Positions 10,568-20,545 of a stretch of 64,000 bases of DNA are shown here, piece after piece (position 1 is the first letter of the stretch; every line of letters begins with the position of its first letter). The DNA is from Spirochaetota bacterium (GTDB lineage Bacteria; Spirochaetota; UBA6919; CBDBPB01). The stretch lies in NCBI GenBank assembly GCA_965208615.1, contig CBDBPB010000004.1, positions 416,001 to 480,000 on the forward strand. The letters run 5' to 3'. The position numbers and the translations under genes are program-made. A model generated the notes under the pieces. The model had not been told where the DNA came from, did not search any database, and was given only the letters and a program-made list of their open reading frames with translations.

Positions 10568-12193
10568 ATGAAAAAGTCTAAAACTATATTTAATATAATT
10601 ATTTTACTTTTTTTAACAACTCTAATACTACTTGTCTATGATCAGTCTTACCACTCTCTAATACCATTTGCTATTACGGCAATTTTATTGCTTGTATACT
10701 CTTATAACCTAATTACCATTGCACATGAAAATCCAAAAAAACAAATCGATAGTAATAAAAATAAAGAAATGCCTATTATAGTTAAGCAAGATAAACGTAC
10801 TAAAAAACTTATTGCCGGCCTAAGAGATCAGTTTACTGATTTTTTTAATGCTATTTCATCCCGCTCCAATGACTCAAGCAAACTCGTGTACTTTATCGAA
10901 CGTATACGTATTTTAAGTCAACAACAAAATGATAACTCTAGTAAAATTGATAACTCTTTGCTTGAAATCTCTAATATACTACGAGAGGTAGTTGGGTTAA
11001 CAGAAAAATCAAAAAAACAAGTTAATGAAACCTATGATTCTGCTGAAAAGGGCGTAGAAAAAATGGGACAGTCTATGAAGGTTATGACTAACTTCTTTCA
11101 GTCCATGGATGGCGTTAATAAAACTACCAGAAAATTAACCGACTCTACAGAAAAAATATCAGCAATTATAGATATTATTGTAAGCATATCTCAAAAAATT
11201 GAACTATTGTCCTTTAATGCGGCTATAGAGGCCGCTAAGGTAAAAGAACATGGAAGAGGATTTAATGTTGTTGCTCAAGAAATAAGAAAACTCTCTGATA
11301 TGACAAAAAAGTCATCTGATGGAATTGCTAACTTAATTAACTCCATGCAGTTTATGGTATTACAGCTTATCTCCCAGTTAAAAGATAGTACAGGTCAGCT
11401 CGATAAAGGCTGGGATGCCGTTTATAAAACTAAAGAAATATTTGATGAAATACTTAAACATACTAAAAAAAGTAAACTCCAAACAGAGAGCTTGTTTGAG
11501 GCAATTGATAAACAGAGTAACTCTCTCAATAGCATTACTGAGTGTATGTATGACTTAACAAAAAATACTTATGGTATTCATAATAGTATTAAGGAGTCTG
11601 AAGAGTTTGCTGAACAAATATCCGTATCAGGTGAAGAAAGCCTAAGACGCTTGCTATCTTATAGATTAAAAAATAAATCACAAAAAATATTATTCCACTT
11701 AAGAAGACTTAGCAAAAAAATTATAGAGGTCCTTGAAAAAGGCGAAAGGGATAATATAGATATTTGGGATACTAATTATATCCCTATGCCTAATACTAAT
11801 CCAATTAAGTATGTAACAAGCTATATTAACTGGATCGATAAAAGCGAAATACAAAAACTCCAGGATGGCTTTCAACGTGAATTAGATGTTAAGTTTGTAG
11901 TTTTGGTTGATAAAAATGGATATTTACCCAAACATAATTCTAGTTATGATTATGAGATGGTAGGTGACCCTAAAGTAGACCTACTAAATAGTAGAAGTAG
12001 AAGAATATTTAATGACCGTACCGGACTAAGAGCCGGACAAAACAGTAAAGACGTCTTACTGCAAACTTATGTTAGGGATACTGGAGAGGTTATGATGGAT
12101 ATGTCTTTACCAATTTATGTAAGCAACGTTCATTGGGGAGGAATTAGGGTTGGATATCAGCTGGAAAACGGATCTTCTGCTTTTTTATCTTAG
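10568..12193 (+). CDS. Methyl-accepting chemotaxis protein with C-terminal Cache-like sensor domain
   Basis: Two N-terminal TM segments; hairpin tip LLSFNAAIEAAKVKEHGRGFNVVAQEIRKLS; C-terminal VDKNGYLPKHN...RIFNDRTG...LLQTYVRDTGEVMMDMSLPI..HWGGIRVGY. Confidence 0.92.
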   Translation: MKKSKTIFNIIILLFLTTLILLVYDQSYHSLIPFAITAILLLVYSYNLITIAHENPKKQIDSNKNKEMPIIVKQDKRTKKLIAGLRDQFTDFFNAISSRSNDSSKLVYFIERIRILSQQQNDNSSKIDNSLLEISNILREVVGLTEKSKKQVNETYDSAEKGVEKMGQSMKVMTNFFQSMDGVNKTTRKLTDSTEKISAIIDIIVSISQKIELLSFNAAIEAAKVKEHGRGFNVVAQEIRKLSDMTKKSSDGIANLINSMQFMVLQLISQLKDSTGQLDKGWDAVYKTKEIFDEILKHTKKSKLQTESLFEAIDKQSNSLNSITECMYDLTKNTYGIHNSIKESEEFAEQISVSGEESLRRLLSYRLKNKSQKILFHLRRLSKKIIEVLEKGERDNIDIWDTNYIPMPNTNPIKYVTSYINWIDKSEIQKLQDGFQRELDVKFVVLVDKNGYLPKHNSSYDYEMVGDPKVDLLNSRSRRIFNDRTGLRAGQNSKDVLLQTYVRDTGEVMMDMSLPIYVSNVHWGGIRVGYQLENGSSAFLS

Positions 12194-12209
12194 CTATTTA
12201 TTTGCGGTA

Positions 12210-15200
12210 TTAACTTAGTTCTGTTAATATCTTTTTTAAAAAGTTAACTTTTTTATTTAGATCATAGTCCCCTATTTTTAGATTTAATAGATTAGTATTG
12301 TTAGGGCTAATACTAATAAGTCCATCATAATGGCTCATAAGTAAAATAAGCCTTTCAGGCTTTATTAAAGAATGCTTATTAAATTTAACTATAACTTCAT
12401 TATTCTGCTCTATAATAGAACTAATCTTAAGAGTCTTACCTATAACCTTAACATAAGACAACGTTAAAAGATTATCTATTATTTTTGGACTAGTACCAAA
12501 ACGATCTATAAGCTCAGTTTTTAATGACATGATTTGTTCATTCGAAATAGCCCCAGCCATCTTTTTATAGATTTCAATCTTTTGCTTCTCATCTGGGATA
12601 TAGCTACTTGGAATATATCCAGAATACTTTAAATCAACAAAAACATCGCTCTCATATTGTTTTTCTGAGTCAGAAAGTTCAAGGATTGCCTCATCCAATA
12701 GCTTAGAGTATAATTCAAAGCCTACACTAATAATATTACCGCTTTGAGCAGTACCAAGAATATTACCAGCACCTCTAAATTCCATATCTTTCATAGCAAT
12801 TTTAAATCCACTACCTAGATCGGTATACTCACTAATAACCGCAAGACGTTTTTGAGCAACCTCTGTTAATGCTATGTCAGTGGGATAAAATAAATAACAA
12901 TATGCCTTTCTATTACTCCTACCTACTCGCCCTCTAAGCTGGTATAGCTGGGATAATCCAAGACTATCGGCTCTATCAATTAGAATAGTATTAGCATTGG
13001 GAATATCAATACCCGATTCTATAATAGTGGTGCATATCATAACATCATATTTATTATGAATGAAATCGGTAAATACCTTTTCTAACTCCCCCTCATCCAT
13101 TTGTCCATGGGCAACACATATCTTCGCCTCTATAACCAATTGTTTAACAAACTGTGCAAAGCCCTTTATAGTCTTTACTCTATTGTGAATGAAATATACC
13201 TGTCCATTTCTGTCTAGCTCTCTGTATATGGCATCTTTAATAATATCCTCGTTAAACTCAGTAGTATAGGTGTCTATAGGGAGACGATTCTCAGGGGGAG
13301 TGTTAATAACACTCATATCCCTAATTTTTATAAGGGACATATAAAGAGTCCTCGGTATAGGAGTAGCAGACAGAGAAATAACATCTACCATTGTTCTAAG
13401 CGATTTTAGCCTTTCTTTATGCCTAACACCAAATCTTTGTTCTTCGTCAATAACAACAAGTCCTAAATTCTTAAAATTAATATCCTTGGATAGTAGTCTA
13501 TGAGTACCAATAATAACATCAATTTCAGCATCAGCAATCATTTTTACTATCTTTTTTTGCTCATTATAACTCTTAACCCTTGATAACATTTCGGTTTCAA
13601 TAGGATAAAAGTCAAACCGCTCAGTAAATGTACTGAAGTGTTGTTCGCAAAGAATAGTAGTAGGAGCAAGAACAGCAACTTGTTTACCGTCCATAACAGC
13701 CTTAAATGTAGCTCTAATGGCTATTTCTGTTTTACCATAACCTACATCACCACATATTAAGCGATCAGTAGGGCTTTTAGACTCCATATCTCTTTTTATA
13801 TCCTTTATGGCACTAAGCTGATCAGGAGTCTCTTCGTATTGAAAGCCAGTTTCAAAGTCATGTTGCCAGTTAGTATCTTTAGCAAAAGCATATCCAACAA
13901 GCTTAGATCTGGCGGAATATATATCTACAAGCTCTTTAGCCACCTCTTTAACAGAGTTTTTAACCCTAGATTTTGTCTTCTCCCAAGACTTAGAGCCAAG
14001 TTTATCCAGCGGAGCCTTTTTTCCTTGCATACCAATATATTTTTGAATCATATTAAGCTGTTCTATTGGTATATACAGTTTTTCATTATCGGCATACTCA
14101 AGTACAATGCAGTCCCTTTCTCTATTAGCGGCTTTTATTCTCTCTATTCCGCAATATTTACCAATTCCATGATTTATGTGTACTATAAGGTCTCCTATGG
14201 CCAGCTCATAAAAGCCTTCTATTGGATTAGAGGATATTTTTCTAAGTTTTTTATATATACTTCGTTTTCTACCGAATATCTCTCTATCCATTATGACTAA
14301 GACTTTTTCTTCAGGTATAGAAAAGCCTTCGGTTAGTTCTGCAACGTCTAAATACAATCCACTACCATTAACCTTGCTATCAGTGATAGGGTTAAAGTCA
14401 GCTAAGACAGATTTAAGCCTATGAGCTTGTCCTTCATAAGAAGAAAAAAGAAAAACTTTATATTCATTATTTATTTTTTCACTAAGCTTATCCCTAAAAA
14501 TATTTATATCGCCTATATAACTATCCACTGATGATATAGGCATATTAAAAACATTATTTCCTTTATCAAGTCTTGTTAGCTGGGTGATGTTAACTCTATT
14601 AATAACTCTACTTTCGACTTGTTCATATTTGCTAAAGAGCTCATAAGGCTCTACCCTAACTGTATTGACTTTATGACTCTGGTTATACAAGGTTTTACAT
14701 TCTTTTAATAATGATACACTTTTTTTTCTAATTTCTATATCTTCATTAAAAACAAATATACTTTTTTCGTCAATATAGTCTAATAAAGTATTAGGCTCAT
14801 AAAAAAAAGGGATAAGGTGTTCAATACCCTGAAAGTAATCCTTATTTTCTATTTTACTTATAACATCATTTAGGTTTTTATAGTTTTTAAATCTTGTTTT
14901 GATAGTGCTTAAAGCATTGTCTATATTTTTGTCTGTTAAGATAAGCTCTCTTTGGGGTAGTATTTCGATAAAATCAAGCTTTTTTTTTGTAAGCTGAGTG
15001 ATAGCGTCAAAAGCTCTAATAGACTCAATTTCGTCATCAAACAGCTCTACTCTAATAGGGTCTTCATAGGATGACGGAAAAATATCTAAAATACTCCCTT
15101 TTAAGCTAAAACTACCGGGTTGCTCAACTTTATACTCTTTGGAGTAGCCTAATTCTAACAGAATAGAGGCTATATTGCTATAGTCAATAATGTCTTTTAC

Positions 15201-15659
15201 CTTTAGATTAAGATATTCCTTTTTAAATACCTCTTTTGGTATAATAACCTTCATCAAATTAACAATAGGAGTAACAATAAGGACGGGTTTGGAAGAGAGT
15301 AAATTGTGGAGTACCTCTATTCTATGGTGGACTATATCATAAAATGGGGATATGTTTTCGTATGGAAGGATTTCCCATGGAGGAAAGTAAAATATTCTGT
15401 TATTATCAGAAAAGCTTTTTATGTCTTGATAAAAGTTTTCACCATCTTGAGTTGTTGCAGTAACAACTACAAGACTCTTATTAACCTTGCTGAAGTCAGA
15501 GAACAACTTATAGACAAGTAGAGCTTTAGAACTGCCATAAAGATTTTGAATAGTTAGAGAACATCCATCATTACAGAGGTTTAGCCCAGTTTCTAAAAGT
15601 CTTTTATATTCTTTGGCATTTGAAAAGTATTTTGGAAGTATTTTAGTATAATAGTTCAT
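12210..15659 (-). CDS. mfd: Transcription-repair coupling factor
   Basis: UvrB-homology N-terminus, CarD/RID VHINHGIGKY, CGDVGYGKTE, DEEQRFGV, QLRGRVGRS, TRCF C-terminal domain. Confidence 0.98.
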   Translation of the reverse strand: MNYYTKILPKYFSNAKEYKRLLETGLNLCNDGCSLTIQNLYGSSKALLVYKLFSDFSKVNKSLVVVTATTQDGENFYQDIKSFSDNNRIFYFPPWEILPYENISPFYDIVHHRIEVLHNLLSSKPVLIVTPIVNLMKVIIPKEVFKKEYLNLKVKDIIDYSNIASILLELGYSKEYKVEQPGSFSLKGSILDIFPSSYEDPIRVELFDDEIESIRAFDAITQLTKKKLDFIEILPQRELILTDKNIDNALSTIKTRFKNYKNLNDVISKIENKDYFQGIEHLIPFFYEPNTLLDYIDEKSIFVFNEDIEIRKKSVSLLKECKTLYNQSHKVNTVRVEPYELFSKYEQVESRVINRVNITQLTRLDKGNNVFNMPISSVDSYIGDINIFRDKLSEKINNEYKVFLFSSYEGQAHRLKSVLADFNPITDSKVNGSGLYLDVAELTEGFSIPEEKVLVIMDREIFGRKRSIYKKLRKISSNPIEGFYELAIGDLIVHINHGIGKYCGIERIKAANRERDCIVLEYADNEKLYIPIEQLNMIQKYIGMQGKKAPLDKLGSKSWEKTKSRVKNSVKEVAKELVDIYSARSKLVGYAFAKDTNWQHDFETGFQYEETPDQLSAIKDIKRDMESKSPTDRLICGDVGYGKTEIAIRATFKAVMDGKQVAVLAPTTILCEQHFSTFTERFDFYPIETEMLSRVKSYNEQKKIVKMIADAEIDVIIGTHRLLSKDINFKNLGLVVIDEEQRFGVRHKERLKSLRTMVDVISLSATPIPRTLYMSLIKIRDMSVINTPPENRLPIDTYTTEFNEDIIKDAIYRELDRNGQVYFIHNRVKTIKGFAQFVKQLVIEAKICVAHGQMDEGELEKVFTDFIHNKYDVMICTTIIESGIDIPNANTILIDRADSLGLSQLYQLRGRVGRSNRKAYCYLFYPTDIALTEVAQKRLAVISEYTDLGSGFKIAMKDMEFRGAGNILGTAQSGNIISVGFELYSKLLDEAILELSDSEKQYESDVFVDLKYSGYIPSSYIPDEKQKIEIYKKMAGAISNEQIMSLKTELIDRFGTSPKIIDNLLTLSYVKVIGKTLKISSIIEQNNEVIVKFNKHSLIKPERLILLMSHYDGLISISPNNTNLLNLKIGDYDLNKKVNFLKKILTELS

Positions 15660-15744
15660 TAATTATATTACTATAAGTTAAGACATACCTTAGAAATGAT
15701 CTCATTGATTTAAATTAAGTATTGTTCAGATAGGGATTATAGTG

Positions 15745-16326
15745 TTAAAACTTAAAGCTGATACCTGACAAAACACTAATTACATATGCATTACTTTCAG
15801 CAAAAATAACATCTATTCGCCCTATTATTGGAATAGAGATAACTTCGGATAGTTTTAAGTCAGAACCTCCTGAAAAAAATATACCAATCTCTTTACTTTT
15901 CATCTCATATGCACTAATCCCTATTTTCTCACCAATATAAAAGTATGGTCCAACACCAGCTTGGATAACAAGACCATCATAAAAATGAAATTCAAGTACT
16001 CCTGAGACATTAACATAACTAATATCAAGGTCTATATCAAACTTAAAATTATATCCGTTATAATTTTGTTTTACCTTAGTAATTTTAGATACCTTTATGT
16101 AAGACGAATCTACACCAATACTAAGCCAACTAAATAACCTAACAAGGCCTTGACCTCCACCTCTATAATTTAATGGATTACCACTTATAACCCTATCATC
16201 CTTACCAACTGTTATACCTACAGCACCATAAAGTCTAACAGTAATGATATTTTCGTTTGCGGACAAGAAACTGGTTAAACCTAAGATAAAAAATAGGGTT
16301 AACAGCAATATATAAAATCTTTTCAT
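15745..16326 (-). CDS. Putative outer-membrane beta-barrel protein
   Basis: Signal peptide, alternating amphipathic strands, terminal GISFKF with C-terminal Phe. Confidence 0.65.
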   Translation of the reverse strand: MKRFYILLLTLFFILGLTSFLSANENIITVRLYGAVGITVGKDDRVISGNPLNYRGGGQGLVRLFSWLSIGVDSSYIKVSKITKVKQNYNGYNFKFDIDLDISYVNVSGVLEFHFYDGLVIQAGVGPYFYIGEKIGISAYEMKSKEIGIFFSGGSDLKLSEVISIPIIGRIDVIFAESNAYVISVLSGISFKF

Positions 16327-16724
16327 TATCAGCCTCTTTTTATATATATTAAATAGCTTTATTGTTATAACATTAAAATAAATATAAACACAATAATAAC
16401 ATAATTATTAAGAATAAGTCAATTTTTTATGCTTAATTTGAATATAGATTAAATTACGTTAAAATAAAATATCTTTATACCCATTAAAAAGTATTATTAA
16501 TAATAACCATAAAATTAAAAATTACTAAAAAAAATAAAAAGATATTAACTATTTAGTATAACAATATTATTTTATCTTTAAATAATTTGGTATATTTGTA
16601 ATGACAATTATTAGTGGATTTTTATAAATAACTATTTGTTATTCCGCTGGTTGAGAGTCTTTTAGTAAAAAGAAAATAGTTAAAATAAATAACATAGAAT
16701 TGATTTTTATAATAGGAGTAGTAA

Positions 16725-18005
16725 ATGAAAAACTATCACTTTTACTTAATATTAATTTTATTAGTCCTTGGACACTGTGACAATAAAACAAAAAAGAATA
16801 ATCTTTCTGACCTTAATAAGCTATCTAAAGATAGTATAAAAGTGGATGCCTTAACTAAAAAAGATGATGGAACTTGGACCGCTATTATTGAGGGAAAACT
16901 AATAAGTAAAAATAAATTTGAAGAATTATATAGCTTTTGGCTAAAAATGTCATCTATGACCGGTGGTATTGGTAAGGCTCAACAAGAATTACTCAAAGAT
17001 AATATCAAAAATAAAAAAACAATGCTTGATTTACTAATTAATATTGAGTTAGCCGTTTTAGAGGCTATGAATGGACCTTTTTTTAAAAGTGATAAGGGTA
17101 AATCTTTGATTAAGATATATGGTAAGCAAGCCTTAACCCAATACTATTTGTTGGATAAGTTTTGGCCTAAAGTTAAGGAGCCATCTGATAAAGAACTTAA
17201 AGCTTTCTTTGAAAAGTTTATTAAGCCTAAATCTGCTATAAAAGAAATAAAAACTAAAAATGATAAAAATCAAATAACAGTATATTATCGCCATACCAAA
17301 TTAAATGAGTTAGTTAATAACGAACTATCACGCCTTGTTTTAGAAAGAAAGGTTAGGGATAATAAAAAAGTTTTGTTAGATTATATAAAAGGTAAAATTA
17401 AAAAAGAACTTTATATGAATAATAAAGAAAATAAATATTGGATATTAAAAATAGATGATGAGGCAATTTATTTAAAAGATATATCACCATTTTTAGATTT
17501 ACAGCTTAAGGGTAGTAAGTTTGATAGTGCAAAAGCTAATGAGGCTAATTTAAAAATGTTTTCTAAAGAAATTCTAAACTCATTTAAGATGATGGAGTTA
17601 AATTATCAAAATGCCTTAAAAGAAAAGTATTTTGATAAGCCAGAAGTTAAAAACTTTATAAAGTTTTTTCAAAAAAGAAGTATTGCAGATTTTTTTATAA
17701 AAAAGGAAGTCCTTGAAAGAGTTAAAAAACCAACTGATAAAGATATTGATGAAAAGCTAAGGGATAACTCTATAAAAGAGAAAGCCATTAAGTTATTAGG
17801 TAAAAAAAAGATAGCTATAAATGATAAAAATATTAAGAAATTAGTTAAAGAAATGATTTATGCTGAAAGATTGCAAACTTCTAATAGAGAAATAATAGAT
17901 GAATTAAAGGGTTCTTATAAGGTTAAGATTAGTAAAAAGTATTTTGAGACTGAGTCTGATAAAATACAAGAAAAGATACTGAAAAATAATAAAGATAACA
18001 ATTAG
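16725..18005 (+). CDS. Lipoprotein, SurA/PrsA N-domain-like foldase (two internal repeats, no parvulin motif seen)
   Basis: Lipobox-like LVLGHC; WTAIIEGKLISKNKFEELY and WILKIDDEAIYLKDI repeats; KEPSDKEL and KKPTDKDI; ends ELKGSYKVKI as PrsA/SurA chaperones do. Confidence 0.6.
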   Translation: MKNYHFYLILILLVLGHCDNKTKKNNLSDLNKLSKDSIKVDALTKKDDGTWTAIIEGKLISKNKFEELYSFWLKMSSMTGGIGKAQQELLKDNIKNKKTMLDLLINIELAVLEAMNGPFFKSDKGKSLIKIYGKQALTQYYLLDKFWPKVKEPSDKELKAFFEKFIKPKSAIKEIKTKNDKNQITVYYRHTKLNELVNNELSRLVLERKVRDNKKVLLDYIKGKIKKELYMNNKENKYWILKIDDEAIYLKDISPFLDLQLKGSKFDSAKANEANLKMFSKEILNSFKMMELNYQNALKEKYFDKPEVKNFIKFFQKRSIADFFIKKEVLERVKKPTDKDIDEKLRDNSIKEKAIKLLGKKKIAINDKNIKKLVKEMIYAERLQTSNREIIDELKGSYKVKISKKYFETESDKIQEKILKNNKDNN

Positions 18006-18056
18006 TCATACTTATATGTGCTAATCCAAATAAAGTAAGCTGAAGTAAGGAAGTTT

Positions 18057-19230
18057 ATGGTAAAGTATATTTCTTTATTAGTGTTAATAATTAACATTTT
18101 CTTTGCTTGTGAGGAAAAGTCAAAAGCTGTTAAAAAAACCAACGATAAAGACTATAAACATTCAAATGAAGAATATCTTAATAAGCTTACCAATAATATG
18201 TTTGCAAAAGATGCAAGTAAACATATTAAGGGTAAGAAAGATAAGCAGTTAGATGATAGTAGCTGGATAATATTGATTAATAACCATAAAATAGCTAAAA
18301 TAAGAATTTGAAAATAGCTATAATAGATTTATTAGGCAAGCTGGTATAAGGATACCCAAAGAAAAATTCCTAAACTTTTTTTTGTTAAACTACTCAATAA
18401 AGAAAAAAGCTAATGCTTACTTTTCTTCAAGAAAGAAATTACTAAAGTTTGTTAGAACTCCAAGCAGTAATAAGGGAATATTTAAAAACGTTTATATCAA
18501 AACGAAAAATTAAAAAGCCTTCTTATGAAAAGCTTAAACAATTTTATAGTGTGCTTATTAGAGAAAAAGGCTTTAGACATCTTAATTTTAAAAAAGATAA
18601 AAAAAAGATTAGACTTTTATATAAAAAATCAAAAACTAAATCAAGAGTATGCCTTTTTGGAACAAAAACTTATTGGTAAATTTAGGGTTATCAAAAATGA
18701 TGAGTGGGAAAATGGCATTATTGAAAAGTATATCAATAACAAAATTAATCTCAAAAAGGCCTTGGCTAGTAAATATAAAGAGTATTGGCTATTTCGTATT
18801 GTTACTAAAAAACCATCTAGACAAAAAGAACTAATAATAACCTTAAAAATAAAAGCTCAAAATATATTATAAAGCAGGCTTATTATGTTAAAGATGTTGA
18901 AAAATAAAATTAAAATGTTAGGCTTAAGCGGTCTTAACCCTTTATTAGTAAAGAAGTTTTAGACGGAATATTAATGTTAGAAAAATGATTATAAACTCAT
19001 TCCTTACCGAAATATTGGCATATAACCTGTTAAAAAAGACTAGGATGCTTTATAACAAGAGTTATAGAAAAGTAGCTTATAATGCTGAACAAAATTTTAT
19101 GATTAACTATTACATAAAAAATGTCTTAAAGTTGAGAACAGAAAGTGCTAAGCAAGAGTATATTTGGAATTTCATTAATAACAATAAGATAACTCTTAAT
19201 AAAGGTTATTTTTATAATAGTAAACCCTAG
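18057..19230 (+). pseudogene. Frameshift-broken paralog of the upstream SurA-like lipoprotein (probably assembly errors)
   Basis: Lipobox FFAC. Fragments in different frames align collinearly with 16725..18005: SWIILINNHKIAK, QAVIREYL...KKPSYEKLKQFY, KLNQEYAFLEQKL, YWLFRI. Confidence 0.6.
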
Positions 19231-19250
19231 ATTAAATGTTGGTTTGAATC

Positions 19251-19894
19251 ATGATTTATTTAATTCTTTTTTTGATTAGCTATATTATAGGATCTATCCC
19301 CAGCGCTTTTTTGATTGGTAAAAAGGTTAGGGGCATTGATATTAGCGATCATGGTAGTGGGAATGTTGGTGCTACTAATGTACTCAGGGTTTTAGGAAAG
19401 AAATGGGGAGCTTTAGTTTTAGGGATTGGACGTATTTAAGGGTATATACTAGCCAGTTCTTATAGCTAAGATTGTTTTGGATGACTATCATGGCCTATAT
19501 TTAAACTGGGTATTTCTTGGTGTTGGCGGAGGAGCTTTTTTAGGTCATCTATTTCCTTGTTGGTTAAAGTTTAAAGGTGGAAAAGGTGTGTGGCTGTAGC
19601 TGCCGGAGTATTTTTAGTATTGGCTCCTATTGAAGTCCTTTATTGCTCTATTTTATTTTTATAATCGTTACTAGTATTACAAAGTATGTCTCTTTAGGTT
19701 CTATGGTTTCTGCTTTTATCTTACCTGTCATGATTTCTCTTAATTTTTCTGGAAATAAATGGGTAGAACAGCTGCCATATTTAATTGCCTCTAGTATAAT
19801 ATGCGTTTTAGTTATTTTTATGCATAGGAAAAATATTGTACGTCTATTAAAAGGAAACGAAGATAAGGTTTTTTCTGCTAACAAAGGCTTATAA
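19251..19894 (+). CDS. plsY: Glycerol-3-phosphate acyltransferase PlsY, disrupted by several indels in this sequence
   Basis: Motif 1 [12 protein letters not shown], motif 2 LGHLFP...FKGGKGV(A) and motif 3 [13 protein letters not shown] lie in different frames; breaks near 19428, 19448, 19589 and 19640. Confidence 0.88.
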
Positions 19895-20173
19895 TTTGAG
19901 GTTTTTTATAAAGAATTTTTAACTTTAATATAAAAACTTTTCAGCTGTTATAAACGATTTGTAGAGTACAGGTCATTTTGTTAATAAAATATAACATGTA
20001 TATGATAGTTTAAATTTGATTAATATAAATCGATAATATTATTATCAATTTATGATTGAGTATATCTTAACAAATAAAAATCCCTTAGAATGCTGAAAGA
20101 GTTTAGGTACTAATTAATAGTAGGTTGTTTAGCATAGCAACTTTAAATATGCTAATAAAGGTTTTTTTTTTGT

Positions 20174-20202
20174 TTGACAAAAGGATTATATTATAATATT
20201 AT
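20174..20202 (+). promoter_or_regulatory. Putative sigma70 promoter upstream of the che operon
   Basis: TTGACA-N17-TATTAT; about 340 nt upstream of the cheA ATG. Confidence 0.5.
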
Positions 20203-20545
20203 ATAATTATAAGGTTAATAAGAAATCATAAAATAATATATATATATTTATTTTTTTGTAAATGCTCTACTATATAGGCTTTTGGGTAGCTTTTTTACAT
20301 ACTAATTTGTAAAAGTAAAAAAAAGACTTTATACATAGGTTATTGTTTATAATATTTTATAGTGGTTTCTTAGTATAAAAGTTTTTTTGGGGTGTATATA
20401 TTTATATATTTTAAAATCAGAAGAGTCATATAGACTTATAGTGAATTATCCCAAACCTTATAAGTCATCTTTTAATTTTTGAATATGTTAAAAATATAAC
20501 ATAAGGACTAATATTTTTTTATTGTTTAATTAGGAACCTTAATTT

